DNA of 59,814 bases, taken from positions 1 to 59,814 of the IMG/VR virus record IMGVR_UViG_3300032304_000176. One strand, written 5' to 3'. Positions 18,471-28,311 of this stretch are shown here, one piece after another (position 1 is the stretch's first letter; every line of letters begins with the position of its first letter). The notes under the pieces are model-generated. The model was not told where the DNA came from and searched no databases. It saw nothing but the letters and a program-made list of their open reading frames with translations. The translations under genes and the position numbers were made by a program. The stretch comes from a virus. Taxonomy: Duplodnaviria; Caudoviricetes.

Positions 18471-21297
18471 TTAAAAGCGCCTCTTTGTTCTCAATAAAAC
18501 TGCTTATCTTGTTGGTATCGAAGCATAGGCACATTACGTTCAATGCCACATCCGACGATGTACCTGCAAACATGCGCTTACGCTTTTGTTCTACGAATGC
18601 CTTAGACTGCTTGTACGGCTCTAACACAGCATCAAAGTTCATCTGTTGCTTGGTGCAATACTCCCTGAACGACCGTGACGCAATGTACAGCATGCCGGTA
18701 TCTGGCTCGTAACGCATTATCAAGGCACCGCGTGGTTCGCGTACAGGCCCCAACCCAATCAATGTGCGCTTGTCTACGTTACCGTTAATGATTAGCATGC
18801 CCTCTCTATACTGCTGACAGAACGTACCCACGAAATCATCTGCGCTAAACAATGAATCCTTGTTCTTGCGGCGGTTCTCTTTAATCATGCCAATCGCAAA
18901 ATCAAACACCGGCTGGATAGGTATGTCGTGCAGTCCAAGGTTCTTAGAAATAATGCCGCCCATGATAGCGATAGCTAAGCCAGCAGACCAATAGCGTTCG
19001 TTGCCTGTAATGTTAGCCGTGCGGTCAATACGTTCCATCAGCTTGTCTAGTGCGTCTATCACCTCTGGTAAGTGCGTCATAACATATTGTAGATACGGGA
19101 TAGCCGCTACACCGTAGTTGCTGCTTAACTTACCGAAGTGCCGCTTCGCTTGGATAGCATCCATGCTCGTGTCGTTAACTAAGTCTACCTCCAGTATGCG
19201 CAGCAGTTCCGGTTCAGGGAATCCCTTAATGGTAAGCAGAATGTCGCGTATAGCTTTGTTGGACGATGTTACCGCAGGTAGTTTCCAAGTTGTGTTATTG
19301 ATTCGCTCTACGTTTGCTTTGCCCGACATCCTACCTTTGCCAACACCCGACGTAATGTCGTACACCGTATCGGACATCAACTCAGCCTTCATGTTAGTCA
19401 ACTCATCAATCGTTGCCGTGATGTTCTGCAATACGCCAAACCTATGCAGCCTAAAGTTGTGCGTGTCCTTGTAGGTCATCATCAGGGCTTCTGGGTTGCC
19501 GTAGATGCTGTTGATTGCGTGTAGCAACGTTGACTTACCTGTACCACCATTCGGGCTAATCAAGTTCAATAGGAAGCCATTAAGAAAGCCACCACCTACA
19601 AACTTCAATAGCGGCCCACCAAACCCCATGAATAACGCGAACGCTCGCATCTCTAAGCCGGGCTTAGCATAGTGGTTAATAATGTTTTTCCATTCTTCCA
19701 AACTACCACGCGTACCGAACGCGGGTACTAGAGGCAACGTAGCGGTTGATGGTGGGCTGTATTCTGTAGAGTCGTGTTTAACTTCTTTGTCTCCAATAAT
19801 AAACGCGCTGTCATCCGACAACCATCCAAACTGCTTGCGTGATACTTCAGCTTTACCCATAGCTTGTAGTTCTTCAACCCATCTTGTTGTGTAGTGCATA
19901 AGCTTCTCCTGTTTTTTACCTAGCACAGCAACGCCGTACTCAGCGATCTTGCCTGTAAACTTCTCTTTAGATATGACTTCACGTAAAGGCATAATAAATT
20001 CACGAACACCATCCTTTGGTAAGTGCAACCGCATCATCACGCACTCACCGTCTTCCATGTCATACAAACGCTTCACCACGTAGAAGTCATAAGGGAATAG
20101 TAGTTCGTCTTTAGCGCCCTCTTCATCTTTGTTCGCCTTGCAATATATACCCCCTACGTTGCCACGAAAAAATGGAAAGGGAAACGCAGGTATTTGATAC
20201 GTACGAACTTCTTTTGTAACAGGCTCCAGAGCTTCTACTGTTTGTGGTGTGCCGTCCGGCTCAATGATCTCCCGCCCAATCTGAATAGGCGAAGTAATCT
20301 TTAGTGGGCAATCTCGGCATCCCGCTGGTGATAACTTTTTAAATGTCTCGCACGTATACGGCCCCTTAGTCTGAGCAGCTTTTCTAATTGTTGTACCCTT
20401 GTTGTAGTCAGGGTGCTTGTTAGAAATCTTGTGGATAGCTACTTCACCATCTACACATTGCTGCGCTATAGATAGCCCTGCTCGCCAGAGCGGCTCTTCT
20501 ACTTCTTCTTGATTCTCATAGATGTACTTAAGCTGCGCACAGCCTTCATCCTGCAACGACTTTATCAGTATCGTTTTAAACCGGGCCTGATAGTTCCCCA
20601 TCAACGCTAATGTCGTAGGGTCTATTGATCTTCTAAACGGCGGTTCACCTGCTATAAAAAGATCATCTGAAACTAACTTCTCACGTATGGCTTCAACGCT
20701 GACACGCGACCCTTGCATCAATATCTTAACGGGCTGCGGGTTCTCAATGTCTTTAAAGTTCAGTGTGTCCGGTATACGCAAGATACGCGCAACGTCAGCG
20801 GTTACTGCTGGGTCAGCATGCAGGTTCTGTGCAGTGCACAGTGCCTTAAACCCTTCAGCCATCGACTTCCATTCCGCTTTAGGTAGTGGTTGCTCCACCA
20901 CCCAGTACACGTGTACACCACGCCCAGAGTTAACCACGACCGTAGGCTTAGGTAGCCCAGTAGTCTTAACGAATGCTTTGAGCGCAGCGATTCCCTCGCT
21001 TTGATCAGCATACGGTTTACCTATCCCACAATCCAGATCAAGAAAGAACGAATTTAGCTGGTCAGCATTGGCGTTGGTACGCCCTGATTCGTCTGTAAAA
21101 GAAGCTAAAGCAAAGTATGCGTCAAACCCTCTGTGGGTAAGCGCGTCTGCATAACTGTCTATTTCTTCAACTGAGGGTACGAATATTTGTTTTGGTGTTT
21201 TGTCTTTCTTCAGTCCCATCACACAGTAGTTTCCTGTGGGAGGTAAAACTAGAGAAAGAAAGTCCGTCCTCGATAGCATAGCCGCCTCGTGATTCAC
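18421..21297 (-). CDS. primase-helicase (RepB/AEP-type primase plus DUF927-type helicase)
   Basis: FFLDLDCG, NSGRGVHVYW and ARILRIPDTLN primase motifs; Cys cluster CETF..CRDC; Walker A GGTGKST and Walker B TIDE. The start may be ATG 21279. Confidence 0.88.
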   Translation of the reverse strand: MNHEAAMLSRTDFLSLVLPPTGNYCVMGLKKDKTPKQIFVPSVEEIDSYADALTHRGFDAYFALASFTDESGRTNANADQLNSFFLDLDCGIGKPYADQSEGIAALKAFVKTTGLPKPTVVVNSGRGVHVYWVVEQPLPKAEWKSMAEGFKALCTAQNLHADPAVTADVARILRIPDTLNFKDIENPQPVKILMQGSRVSVEAIREKLVSDDLFIAGEPPFRRSIDPTTLALMGNYQARFKTILIKSLQDEGCAQLKYIYENQEEVEEPLWRAGLSIAQQCVDGEVAIHKISNKHPDYNKGTTIRKAAQTKGPYTCETFKKLSPAGCRDCPLKITSPIQIGREIIEPDGTPQTVEALEPVTKEVRTYQIPAFPFPFFRGNVGGIYCKANKDEEGAKDELLFPYDFYVVKRLYDMEDGECVMMRLHLPKDGVREFIMPLREVISKEKFTGKIAEYGVAVLGKKQEKLMHYTTRWVEELQAMGKAEVSRKQFGWLSDDSAFIIGDKEVKHDSTEYSPPSTATLPLVPAFGTRGSLEEWKNIINHYAKPGLEMRAFALFMGFGGPLLKFVGGGFLNGFLLNLISPNGGTGKSTLLHAINSIYGNPEALMMTYKDTHNFRLHRFGVLQNITATIDELTNMKAELMSDTVYDITSGVGKGRMSGKANVERINNTTWKLPAVTSSNKAIRDILLTIKGFPEPELLRILEVDLVNDTSMDAIQAKRHFGKLSSNYGVAAIPYLQYVMTHLPEVIDALDKLMERIDRTANITGNERYWSAGLAIAIMGGIISKNLGLHDIPIQPVFDFAIGMIKENRRKNKDSLFSADDFVGTFCQQYREGMLIINGNVDKRTLIGLGPVREPRGALIMRYEPDTGMLYIASRSFREYCTKQQMNFDAVLEPYKQSKAFVEQKRKRMFAGTSSDVALNVMCLCFDTNKISSFIENKEALLNAPPFEPIDPHRVGEV

Positions 21298-21371
21298 CGT
21301 CTTTTTAAAATAAGGTAGGCAGGGATAGTGACGGCGAACTACCCTTTTCGGGTGCGCTCCCTAGCCTCCTT
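21293..21371 (-). promoter_or_regulatory. structured 5' leader (branched hairpin plus pseudoknot) of the primase-helicase
   Basis: Outer stem 21312-21325/21358-21371 with two inner hairpins. Segment 21330-21338 is complementary to 21293-21301. Confidence 0.55.
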
Positions 21372-21383
21372 AACCCGTACGTA

Positions 21384-21626
21384 CTAAGACTTCCGCTTCA
21401 ACAAGTCCTTAACAACCTTTGCTACCGCTTCTTGGTGTGATGCAGGAACGTTTGTAACGCCCTTAAACCAATTGTAGATAGTGGCGCGGGTAACGCCAAA
21501 ATACTCCGCTACGTCAATAGCCGGTATATCTTTTTCTATGCAAAGGTTGCCAAGTACTACGCCTAGTTTTGATGTGTCAGCAGAATTTACAGTCTTAGCA
21601 AATCGAAATGAGTAGCCATTACTCAT
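21384..21626 (-). CDS. HTH (XRE-like) DNA-binding protein
   Basis: AIDVAEYFGVTRATIYNWFKG. Confidence 0.8.
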   Translation of the reverse strand: MSNGYSFRFAKTVNSADTSKLGVVLGNLCIEKDIPAIDVAEYFGVTRATIYNWFKGVTNVPASHQEAVAKVVKDLLKRKS

Positions 21627-22482
21627 TGTCCCACTCTTCTAAGATTTTACTTACATCCTTCTTAGCGGCAGGTGCTTCGTCTTTCTTGCTTGCGCGTTTA
21701 ACAGGCTCGGCTGCTACGGGAGCGGCTTCCTCTTCATCGGCTTCTTCTACTACTGTGTCCTTCACACCATCAACTTGAGCGACTGTCATAGTGATAGCGC
21801 GAGTTGCAGCATCGGTCTTACCTTGCTCAAGAGCTTGTTCAAACTCTTCAGTCTCCAGATAGCGAACGGCCTTGAATGTAATCTTAGGTGTAGCACTATC
21901 AGTATCGAAACGCATTTCAGTAACGACTGATGAAATAGGAATGCCTTTACCTGCAACCATTTTGGCGTATGTTGTCAGAGGCCATTTGCCACTAGCGCCG
22001 TCACCCCAGATAGATGTAGACGGTAGAGTCAACTGATAAACATCTCCATTGATATCGTTCTCTAACACGACAGCCAAACGCTGCGAGAAGCGACATGCAC
22101 GTGAATCACCTTGGCCTGAACCTTTGATGTTCTGTGGGCAGTCAGCGCACTTCTTCGCCTGTGGGTTCTTTGCTTTAGCATCAGGTATTTCACTATCAGC
22201 CGACCAGCAGTCAGGAGGAGTTACTACGCCTTTCTTATACGTCGTACCATAAAACGTACGTGACTTCTTCGGAGCAGCGGCAACGATCACAACATTCATT
22301 GTGCGGTCTTCGTTCTTTGCAACTTCTTTCCCGTTGACCATCATCTTCCACACGCCGCCCTCAATAGAGATACGCTTGGAATCACCACCACCGCCACCCA
22401 TAAGAGCTTTAGTTGTAGCATCAAGTTCCATAGCACGTAAGTGTGCTGGAAGGTTCTTACTTAGCAAAGTTATTTCACTCAT
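21619..22482 (-). CDS. putative single-stranded DNA-binding protein
   Basis: Cys cluster (PDCWS..CADCPQN..ACR), acidic/flexible tail ending LEEWDNE, located in the replication module. Confidence 0.6.
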   Translation of the reverse strand: MSEITLLSKNLPAHLRAMELDATTKALMGGGGGDSKRISIEGGVWKMMVNGKEVAKNEDRTMNVVIVAAAPKKSRTFYGTTYKKGVVTPPDCWSADSEIPDAKAKNPQAKKCADCPQNIKGSGQGDSRACRFSQRLAVVLENDINGDVYQLTLPSTSIWGDGASGKWPLTTYAKMVAGKGIPISSVVTEMRFDTDSATPKITFKAVRYLETEEFEQALEQGKTDAATRAITMTVAQVDGVKDTVVEEADEEEAAPVAAEPVKRASKKDEAPAAKKDVSKILEEWDNE

Positions 22483-22492
22483 TTACTTCTCC

Positions 22493-22903
22493 TTATTTAC
22501 GACGAACGACAACCGTGTAGCGGCTGTCAACATTAAGCCCCGGGGGATGCAAGTCGGGGTTATCTTCGAGGAACGTAGCCATACTAGTTTGCGCAATGCG
22601 CTTCTCCAGTAGATTCATAGCTCCGTATGCCTCGTGCTCTTTCACAAACTCATGAAACGAAAACCAATCATTCGTCCAGTACCGCTTCTTAACTGAACGG
22701 GTCAAAGTACCGTATGGGGTGCGTATACTATCAGCACCGATTAATTTGCATGCCTCAAGAAGTTCTTGCTCAATAGACTCTAGCGCCTCTTTAAGCTCGT
22801 TATCTTCTCGCTCATACTTGTCAGCCATTTCTTTACGTGCGTCACGTATCTTAATATACGTCTTCACCAACTTGTCAGTTGGTATTGCTTTTGTTTCTTC
22901 CAT
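22493..22903 (-). CDS. hypothetical replication-module protein
   Basis: N-terminal coiled coil then SIRTPYGT; own RBS (GGAG). Confidence 0.7.
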   Translation of the reverse strand: MEETKAIPTDKLVKTYIKIRDARKEMADKYEREDNELKEALESIEQELLEACKLIGADSIRTPYGTLTRSVKKRYWTNDWFSFHEFVKEHEAYGAMNLLEKRIAQTSMATFLEDNPDLHPPGLNVDSRYTVVVRRK

Positions 22904-22933
22904 TTTAATTTCTCCAAGTAGTACAACAACTTC

Positions 22934-22962
22934 ACTCTATACCTATAATTATACACTGTCAA
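22934..22962 (-). promoter_or_regulatory. sigma70-type promoter
   Basis: Minus strand TTGACA-17 nt-TAGAGT upstream of 22903. Confidence 0.6.
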
Positions 22963-24518
22963 TCTTCTTCTAATAAATTTTTATATAAATCTATAACGCG
23001 TGAATGAATATCAATCTTCGCTTCCAACATTGCGTACATACGCTTCTCTACAGGTGACCCTTGCAAGTGCACGATGGTGACGGGGTTGTGTTGCCCTGCG
23101 CGATGCGGACGGGCGTTACATTGTAGATACGTTTCTACCGACATCACAGGCGACCAGTAGACTACTACGTTTGCAGCAGTTAGCGTTACTCCATGCGATG
23201 CTGCTTGTGGTTGGATTATCAACACGCGTGGGTTTTCTTCTGTTTGGAATTTATTAAATATATCCGTGCGCTTCCCTGCTGATACTTCTCCGTTAATGAT
23301 TGCACAAGAGTAACCAGATTTTTTTAGCTCTTCGTTGATTATGTGGATGCTATGTGTGTAGGGCACGAACACAATAACCTTATGGCTTGCTTCATCAATA
23401 ACTTCTTTCAACGCTTCCATGCGGTTAGATGCATCAAATGCAATCGTCTCTCCACTATCCGAGTAGACCGCGCCACATGAAAGCTGTAGTAGTTTATTTA
23501 AGTTTGCCGCTGCGTTCACTGTCGTGATCTCTTCCCCTGCTGCTACTGCCACCATATGTTTGCGCAACATTTCGTAATACTTGTTTTGCTGTTGGGTAAG
23601 CGGAATCTGTCTTGTGACGTACGTTATGTCGGGTAGGTCTAAGCATTCCTTCTTGGTAAAACGTATTGCTGGTTGTAGTGCCTTATGCACCGTGTCTTCA
23701 GAGTTTGGTTTAGGAACCCACTTAAACGTTGTAATCTTCTGCATTACCATGTCGCGGAACGACCCGAAGAACTTAGGTACTCCCGATGGGTTCACTATGC
23801 GAGCTAAGCCATACGCATCTGTAGGTGACTGCGATGCAGGTGTACCTGTCAACATCCATACCCACGTGCTTGGTTTAATTACGGAGTTCAATATCTTCCA
23901 ACGTTTTGTAGAAACAGTTTTGTATGCGTTAGCTTCATCAATAACAACAAGGTCAAACTCTTCTTGCTCTACTGCGTCTCTAATGATGCCCAGCCCATCG
24001 TAGTTGCATATAACGAACTCAGCATCACTCTGCACAGCACTTATACGTTTGTCTCTTGAATGGCTATGGGCTACGGCACAGGTGCGATGTAGTGCGAATT
24101 TAAATAAATCGTTTTGCCACGCTGACTGCATGATGGATAGCGGACATAGAATAAGCACACGTTTAATTATCCCTAGCTTCATCAGGTAATCCGCTGCCCA
24201 TATAACGCTACCCGTCTTGCCTGTGCCTTGCTCGTTAAAGCAGAACGCTCGTCTATTAAGCGTCAGGAATGCAGCGGTTTCTTTTTGATGGTCAAACGGT
24301 TTGTACAATCCGGGCCAGTTGTAGTGCGCAACGATAGGGGACGGCACGTTTTTAATGCGAAGGTTCTTTAACACCTGCGCTTCTTCTAGCCCCCATTTGA
24401 CTAGCACTTCTCCAGAATCCAATATCTTGCTTTTAGGTATAACTTCTGTGATGCGTTTTGGCTCGCGTACTTTCAGTAGCAAAGCCTTATCTTCTATGAT
24501 TCTCAATTTTTTCCCCAA
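22959..24518 (-). CDS. SNF2-family helicase
   Basis: EQGTGKT, VIDEA, LTGTP, SHGVTLTAA and QCNARPHRAGQ motifs. The start may be TTG 24506. Confidence 0.9.
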   Translation of the reverse strand: MGKKLRIIEDKALLLKVREPKRITEVIPKSKILDSGEVLVKWGLEEAQVLKNLRIKNVPSPIVAHYNWPGLYKPFDHQKETAAFLTLNRRAFCFNEQGTGKTGSVIWAADYLMKLGIIKRVLILCPLSIMQSAWQNDLFKFALHRTCAVAHSHSRDKRISAVQSDAEFVICNYDGLGIIRDAVEQEEFDLVVIDEANAYKTVSTKRWKILNSVIKPSTWVWMLTGTPASQSPTDAYGLARIVNPSGVPKFFGSFRDMVMQKITTFKWVPKPNSEDTVHKALQPAIRFTKKECLDLPDITYVTRQIPLTQQQNKYYEMLRKHMVAVAAGEEITTVNAAANLNKLLQLSCGAVYSDSGETIAFDASNRMEALKEVIDEASHKVIVFVPYTHSIHIINEELKKSGYSCAIINGEVSAGKRTDIFNKFQTEENPRVLIIQPQAASHGVTLTAANVVVYWSPVMSVETYLQCNARPHRAGQHNPVTIVHLQGSPVEKRMYAMLEAKIDIHSRVIDLYKNLLEED

Positions 24519-24530
24519 GGCAAAACAGGC

Positions 24531-24763
24531 TAAAGTGATGTTTTCACTTTAACCAAAAGGTTGTTGGTACTCGCTACGTCTGTTTGCAACCAGCTTTTGC
24601 CCGATCACGCCACGCGATATGCGAAGCCAGCATCCGCTTTCCCAACACGGCTGACCACTGCACTTTCCCCGTCTTGCTACCACAGCGACCTAGTGTTCTG
24701 TGGCTTCCCGCTTCTGGGTTAGTCCGCTTTACGTTTTCACGTCCAGCAATGGTCATGCGTGTT
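24531..24763 (-). ncRNA. candidate structured RNA in the helicase leader
   Basis: Long-range stems 24644-24661/24746-24763 and 24562-24567/24642-24647 with a GAA/AGUA internal loop; hairpins at 24680-24703 and 24531-24551. Confidence 0.55.
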
Positions 24764-25073
24764 ACTTCTTCTTTTCGCGCTTACTTGTCTCCGAAATTAA
24801 TGCGCCAGAAGAACTGCGTTTAAACGAACGATTCTTTGATGCGCTTTCTACGCGCACACCGTTCTTGTTACTACCACCTTTCGACAACGCTTTTACGTGA
24901 GCAACATCTTTACCTTCACGCATATCAGCCTTGCCATTACCATTCTTATCTACACCCTTCTTGTCCAAACCACGGCGAGCACGTTGGCGTTCCATCCGGT
25001 CAGGATGTTCCTTACGCTTCTTTTCCATCTCGTATTCGTGCTTGTATGGTCTAGGACTTTTCGTATAGGGCAT
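24762..25073 (-). CDS. HNH-like basic protein
   Basis: KDVAHVKALSKGGSN...KNRS resembles a beta-beta-alpha-metal motif. Confidence 0.6.
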   Translation of the reverse strand: MPYTKSPRPYKHEYEMEKKRKEHPDRMERQRARRGLDKKGVDKNGNGKADMREGKDVAHVKALSKGGSNKNGVRVESASKNRSFKRSSSGALISETSKREKKK

Positions 25074-25087
25074 AGTAATTCCCCGCG

Positions 25088-25756
25088 TTATGCGTTTTTA
25101 CCGTTGTGTAGACAATCCAAAACAGGGCAATAGTTTTTGCAAGTAAAGTTTGGGTTTGGGTTCCACACATTGGTAATCATAGCAGTTTCTAATCTGTGTG
25201 TCGCTTGCAACCACGGTATCCACCCTTTTGTGTCTTCGACCGAATACTCTGCCTTAACAAACTCCTTAGACACCATAAACAACAGCCCCGCCTTGACCTT
25301 CTTAACCTCGGGGAAGTGTTTAAATAATGCTAACGAAAGTAACTGAAGCTGCCCAGTATCCGCGTACTTTGCGGACTTGCTTGTTTTATAATCAACAAGG
25401 TATGCTCTGTCCCCATTAATAATAATCAAGTCTGCAATGCCACGCCACCACGCTTCTTTATCATTAAACCCACACGGCTCAAACTCACGGGTCAACCCCA
25501 TCTCATACTCGCAATACTTAGTGCCTTCTATTGCTACCAGCTTATCCAACTGCTCCTGAATAAACCCGTACTTGGCTGGGATGGGGGTGCCGTCCCTCAC
25601 ATATTCTTCAGCGGCTAGGTGTACCGCAGTGCCGTATAACAAGTGCTCCTGCGGGGGTTCCACAACGTCCTTTACTATCTTCAGCCGATAGTATTTCTGG
25701 GGGCACTGCTTGAACAAATTGATACCGCTGTAAGACCATGTGTATTTAACAGTCAC
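25088..25756 (-). CDS. PD-(D/E)XK exonuclease (Cas4/RecB-like)
   Basis: WSYS..QCP, GTAVH, GIADL, VDYKT, QLQL and C-terminal CKNYCPVLDC. Confidence 0.88.
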   Translation of the reverse strand: MTVKYTWSYSGINLFKQCPQKYYRLKIVKDVVEPPQEHLLYGTAVHLAAEEYVRDGTPIPAKYGFIQEQLDKLVAIEGTKYCEYEMGLTREFEPCGFNDKEAWWRGIADLIIINGDRAYLVDYKTSKSAKYADTGQLQLLSLALFKHFPEVKKVKAGLLFMVSKEFVKAEYSVEDTKGWIPWLQATHRLETAMITNVWNPNPNFTCKNYCPVLDCLHNGKNA

Positions 25757-27569
25757 CGTAACTCTCCGCCATTCCTGATTCGCAGTTCAATGGTAAGCCC
25801 TCTGCCCATGCCGGAGTCCACCGCATACATGTTTCCACATACGCTCGTGCTTCTTCAGCTTCTTCCTTCTTGGCAATACAGGCCACGGCATCATGCACAG
25901 TAAGTACGACTTTGTATCGCTTACCGATCTTCAACATCTGTTCCGCTATGACGCACCTTGCTAAAGCCTGACAAAGATTTTCCACCACCTTCCCGCCGTA
26001 TATCTTAACCACCCCACGACGAGTCTTGTAGACGTACTGATCCCTACTGTCTTGCTTTATCTTAGCAAATCCATCATACCGTAAATGCAATCCGTTCGGT
26101 AGTATGAATCCGAAGTTAGTGGTATCTACCATGATAGCTCCCACCCTGCCCAGAGCATACGGCTTGTTCTCAAAGATACGGTCTAACGCCTTGCTCGAAG
26201 CCGACCATAACGCCGGAATAGCTGGGTACGTCTCGCGGTAAACCGAAACAATTCGTTGGGCTTCCCCAAGTGGTATTTCCGTACCGAACGTCTTGAGCTG
26301 ATCCTGAAACTTCTGTGCACCCATGCCATAGCCGGAACCAAGGATAGTAGTTTTTCCGACAAACCTCTCTTCTTTAGTAATGTCATTCTCCGCTTTGGAA
26401 TAAATGGCAGCGGCCATCTTTTTATAGACATCTTCCCCATTTGCAAACGCCTCCACTAAGTCATCTTGTTCAGCCAGCCACGCCAGAGTCCGCGCTTCGA
26501 TCTGTGCAGAGTCAGCATCAATAATCACGTAACCCTTGGGGGCACGTATCGCTTTCTTTAACTTACCCGCATTCTGTCCACGGCTTGGTAAGTTCTGTAG
26601 GTTGATCTTGTCATCCCCACCCCAACGCCCAGTATGTGCGGCGTAGTACTTCAACGGTACCGGCATGGCTCCACGTTTAGCTATATCAATGAACCGCTGC
26701 GTTCGCGTTTCTTCAAGCGTGGTTTTGTTCCCTAACCTAGCTGAGACCAGTGCTTGTACCCTTGGATCAGGGTGCTCTGCTAAAGCTTTAAACTCTTCGT
26801 CAGTCTTAGCAAACGCCCACGCTTCTTTACCCGTACGGGCGCTAGTCTTCTTAGGCGGGTCTACACCTAGCTGTTGCAGTAACGCAGCGAACTTATCATT
26901 CGACATCAAGTCATCTATATGAGCGGCAGCGGCTTCTAGCAACTTCTCCTTACGCTCCTTAACATCTTCTAGGTGCTGCTCCAACAACGGTAAATCCAAC
27001 TGAAGGATCGGTTCTACAAACATCTTTAGCGTAGTGTCTATAACCTTTAGTTCTGCTACAGGAAAGCTCTGCATAAAAATAGTAAACAACTCGTAGCATA
27101 GCTCTACGTCGTTCTTACAATACTCACCGTACCTAGCTAAGTCTTCTGGGCTAAAGTCTTTCCTACGCTTATCAAGCGCAGCGACTACTTCTTCACCCTT
27201 CTTGCCAATCGCATAGCGAGTAGCCAACACCGCAAGGCTACCTCCCGCGTCCACTCCATGAATAGCACGTGCCATCGATAGAGTATCCAACCAACCTTTC
27301 GGCGTAACCCCGAAAAGCCATGAGAGTATTGCCCCATCAAACGCGGTGTTGTGTGCGAGGACGAATGCTCCTTCCCAATCATATTTTTTAAAGTGCGCCT
27401 GTAACGCAGCGTGATCCCCGCTAAACCATTCGGTTTCATTTGTACCTTCCTTTATCCCTACGCCTATCACCTCAAAGTCTGGGTGACGCACGTACTCTTC
27501 GGTTGTATGTGTTTTGAATCCAAGTGTCTTACCGTAGTAAGTTTCAAAATCGACTGTGATTATTTTCAT
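25746..27569 (-). CDS. polA: DNA polymerase family A with 3'-5' exonuclease
   Basis: VDFETY and HNTAFD (exo); HTGRWGG..NLQN; motif A DSAQIEAR; motif B KTTILGSGYG; motif C TVHDA. Confidence 0.93.
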   Translation of the reverse strand: MKIITVDFETYYGKTLGFKTHTTEEYVRHPDFEVIGVGIKEGTNETEWFSGDHAALQAHFKKYDWEGAFVLAHNTAFDGAILSWLFGVTPKGWLDTLSMARAIHGVDAGGSLAVLATRYAIGKKGEEVVAALDKRRKDFSPEDLARYGEYCKNDVELCYELFTIFMQSFPVAELKVIDTTLKMFVEPILQLDLPLLEQHLEDVKERKEKLLEAAAAHIDDLMSNDKFAALLQQLGVDPPKKTSARTGKEAWAFAKTDEEFKALAEHPDPRVQALVSARLGNKTTLEETRTQRFIDIAKRGAMPVPLKYYAAHTGRWGGDDKINLQNLPSRGQNAGKLKKAIRAPKGYVIIDADSAQIEARTLAWLAEQDDLVEAFANGEDVYKKMAAAIYSKAENDITKEERFVGKTTILGSGYGMGAQKFQDQLKTFGTEIPLGEAQRIVSVYRETYPAIPALWSASSKALDRIFENKPYALGRVGAIMVDTTNFGFILPNGLHLRYDGFAKIKQDSRDQYVYKTRRGVVKIYGGKVVENLCQALARCVIAEQMLKIGKRYKVVLTVHDAVACIAKKEEAEEARAYVETCMRWTPAWAEGLPLNCESGMAESYGDC

Positions 27570-28072
27570 GGTGTTTGCTTTACTAAATCTTTTAGTGCGT
27601 TCTGCATTCTTCGCACAACTCCATCACGTTCTTTTTGTTGCTTCAATAAATCTTTGTGTAGTGCTACATGGTTTTGCAAATCTTTCTGCTGCTGTATTTG
27701 TTCGCCCACCATTGCGCGTAGTGCAGAGTTATCTACAGTCGAAAACTTAACCTGCCCACTACCACCCCCACCCGGCGGGTACGCAGTCTGCGCTGGAAAT
27801 AAATTCATCTGCTGCGGTGCCTTTTCATTAGAGCGCAACGGATTTAGTATCTCTATACATATATGTTCTTCTAGCTGCTTGCGGACTATAGCCCCTAACT
27901 TGCTCATGTACGCGACATTTTCTTCTTGAGTGAACACCCGTGGGGTCATCTGAGATTCAGCGACCATGATGTCCGTTATATCTGCCCACCTAGTATGCTT
28001 CCACGATCCGTCCTCTGCAAACTCCTCTGGTGCCTGATCCATTCTTTGTATGAGTGCCTCTATAGCGTTCAT
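27566..28072 (-). CDS. hypothetical protein
   Basis: Coupled ORF (ATGA overlaps) in the operon. Confidence 0.65.
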   Translation of the reverse strand: MNAIEALIQRMDQAPEEFAEDGSWKHTRWADITDIMVAESQMTPRVFTQEENVAYMSKLGAIVRKQLEEHICIEILNPLRSNEKAPQQMNLFPAQTAYPPGGGGSGQVKFSTVDNSALRAMVGEQIQQQKDLQNHVALHKDLLKQQKERDGVVRRMQNALKDLVKQTP

Positions 28073-28311
28073 GTTCGCCTCGATAATGAGTAGTAGTAAA
28101 TTGGTTTCTTTGCCCCGCGTTTAGGTAATACGTAATGCTTGTATACCTTCCTGTCTTTCGCCAACTCCTGTAAATATCTTCTGATGCTGCGTGGGCTTAA
28201 CTTCATACGCTTGCACAAGTCTGGCACTGACAACGCATAGCTCTTCTTCAGTATGTCCACCATATCCAGTTTGCGACTGTTTAGCGTGTTGACGTTCTTA
28301 GCCTTTGGCAT
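28069..28311 (-). CDS. winged-HTH protein
   Basis: LSVPDLCKRMKLSPRSIRRYLQEL plus wing ending YYYSL. Confidence 0.7.
   Translation of the reverse strand: MPKAKNVNTLNSRKLDMVDILKKSYALSVPDLCKRMKLSPRSIRRYLQELAKDRKVYKHYVLPKRGAKKPIYYYSLSRRT

Noticed and set aside
22911-22926. Eighth copy of the palindrome (TCTCCAAGTAGTACAA)
   Set aside because: It shares the CTCCAAGT RBS part and a TAGTAC core but lacks both palindrome arms.
25088-25756. Cas4 as evidence of a CRISPR-Cas system
   Set aside because: It is a stand-alone PD-(D/E)XK exonuclease next to polA, which is normal in phage replication modules. No other cas genes are present.
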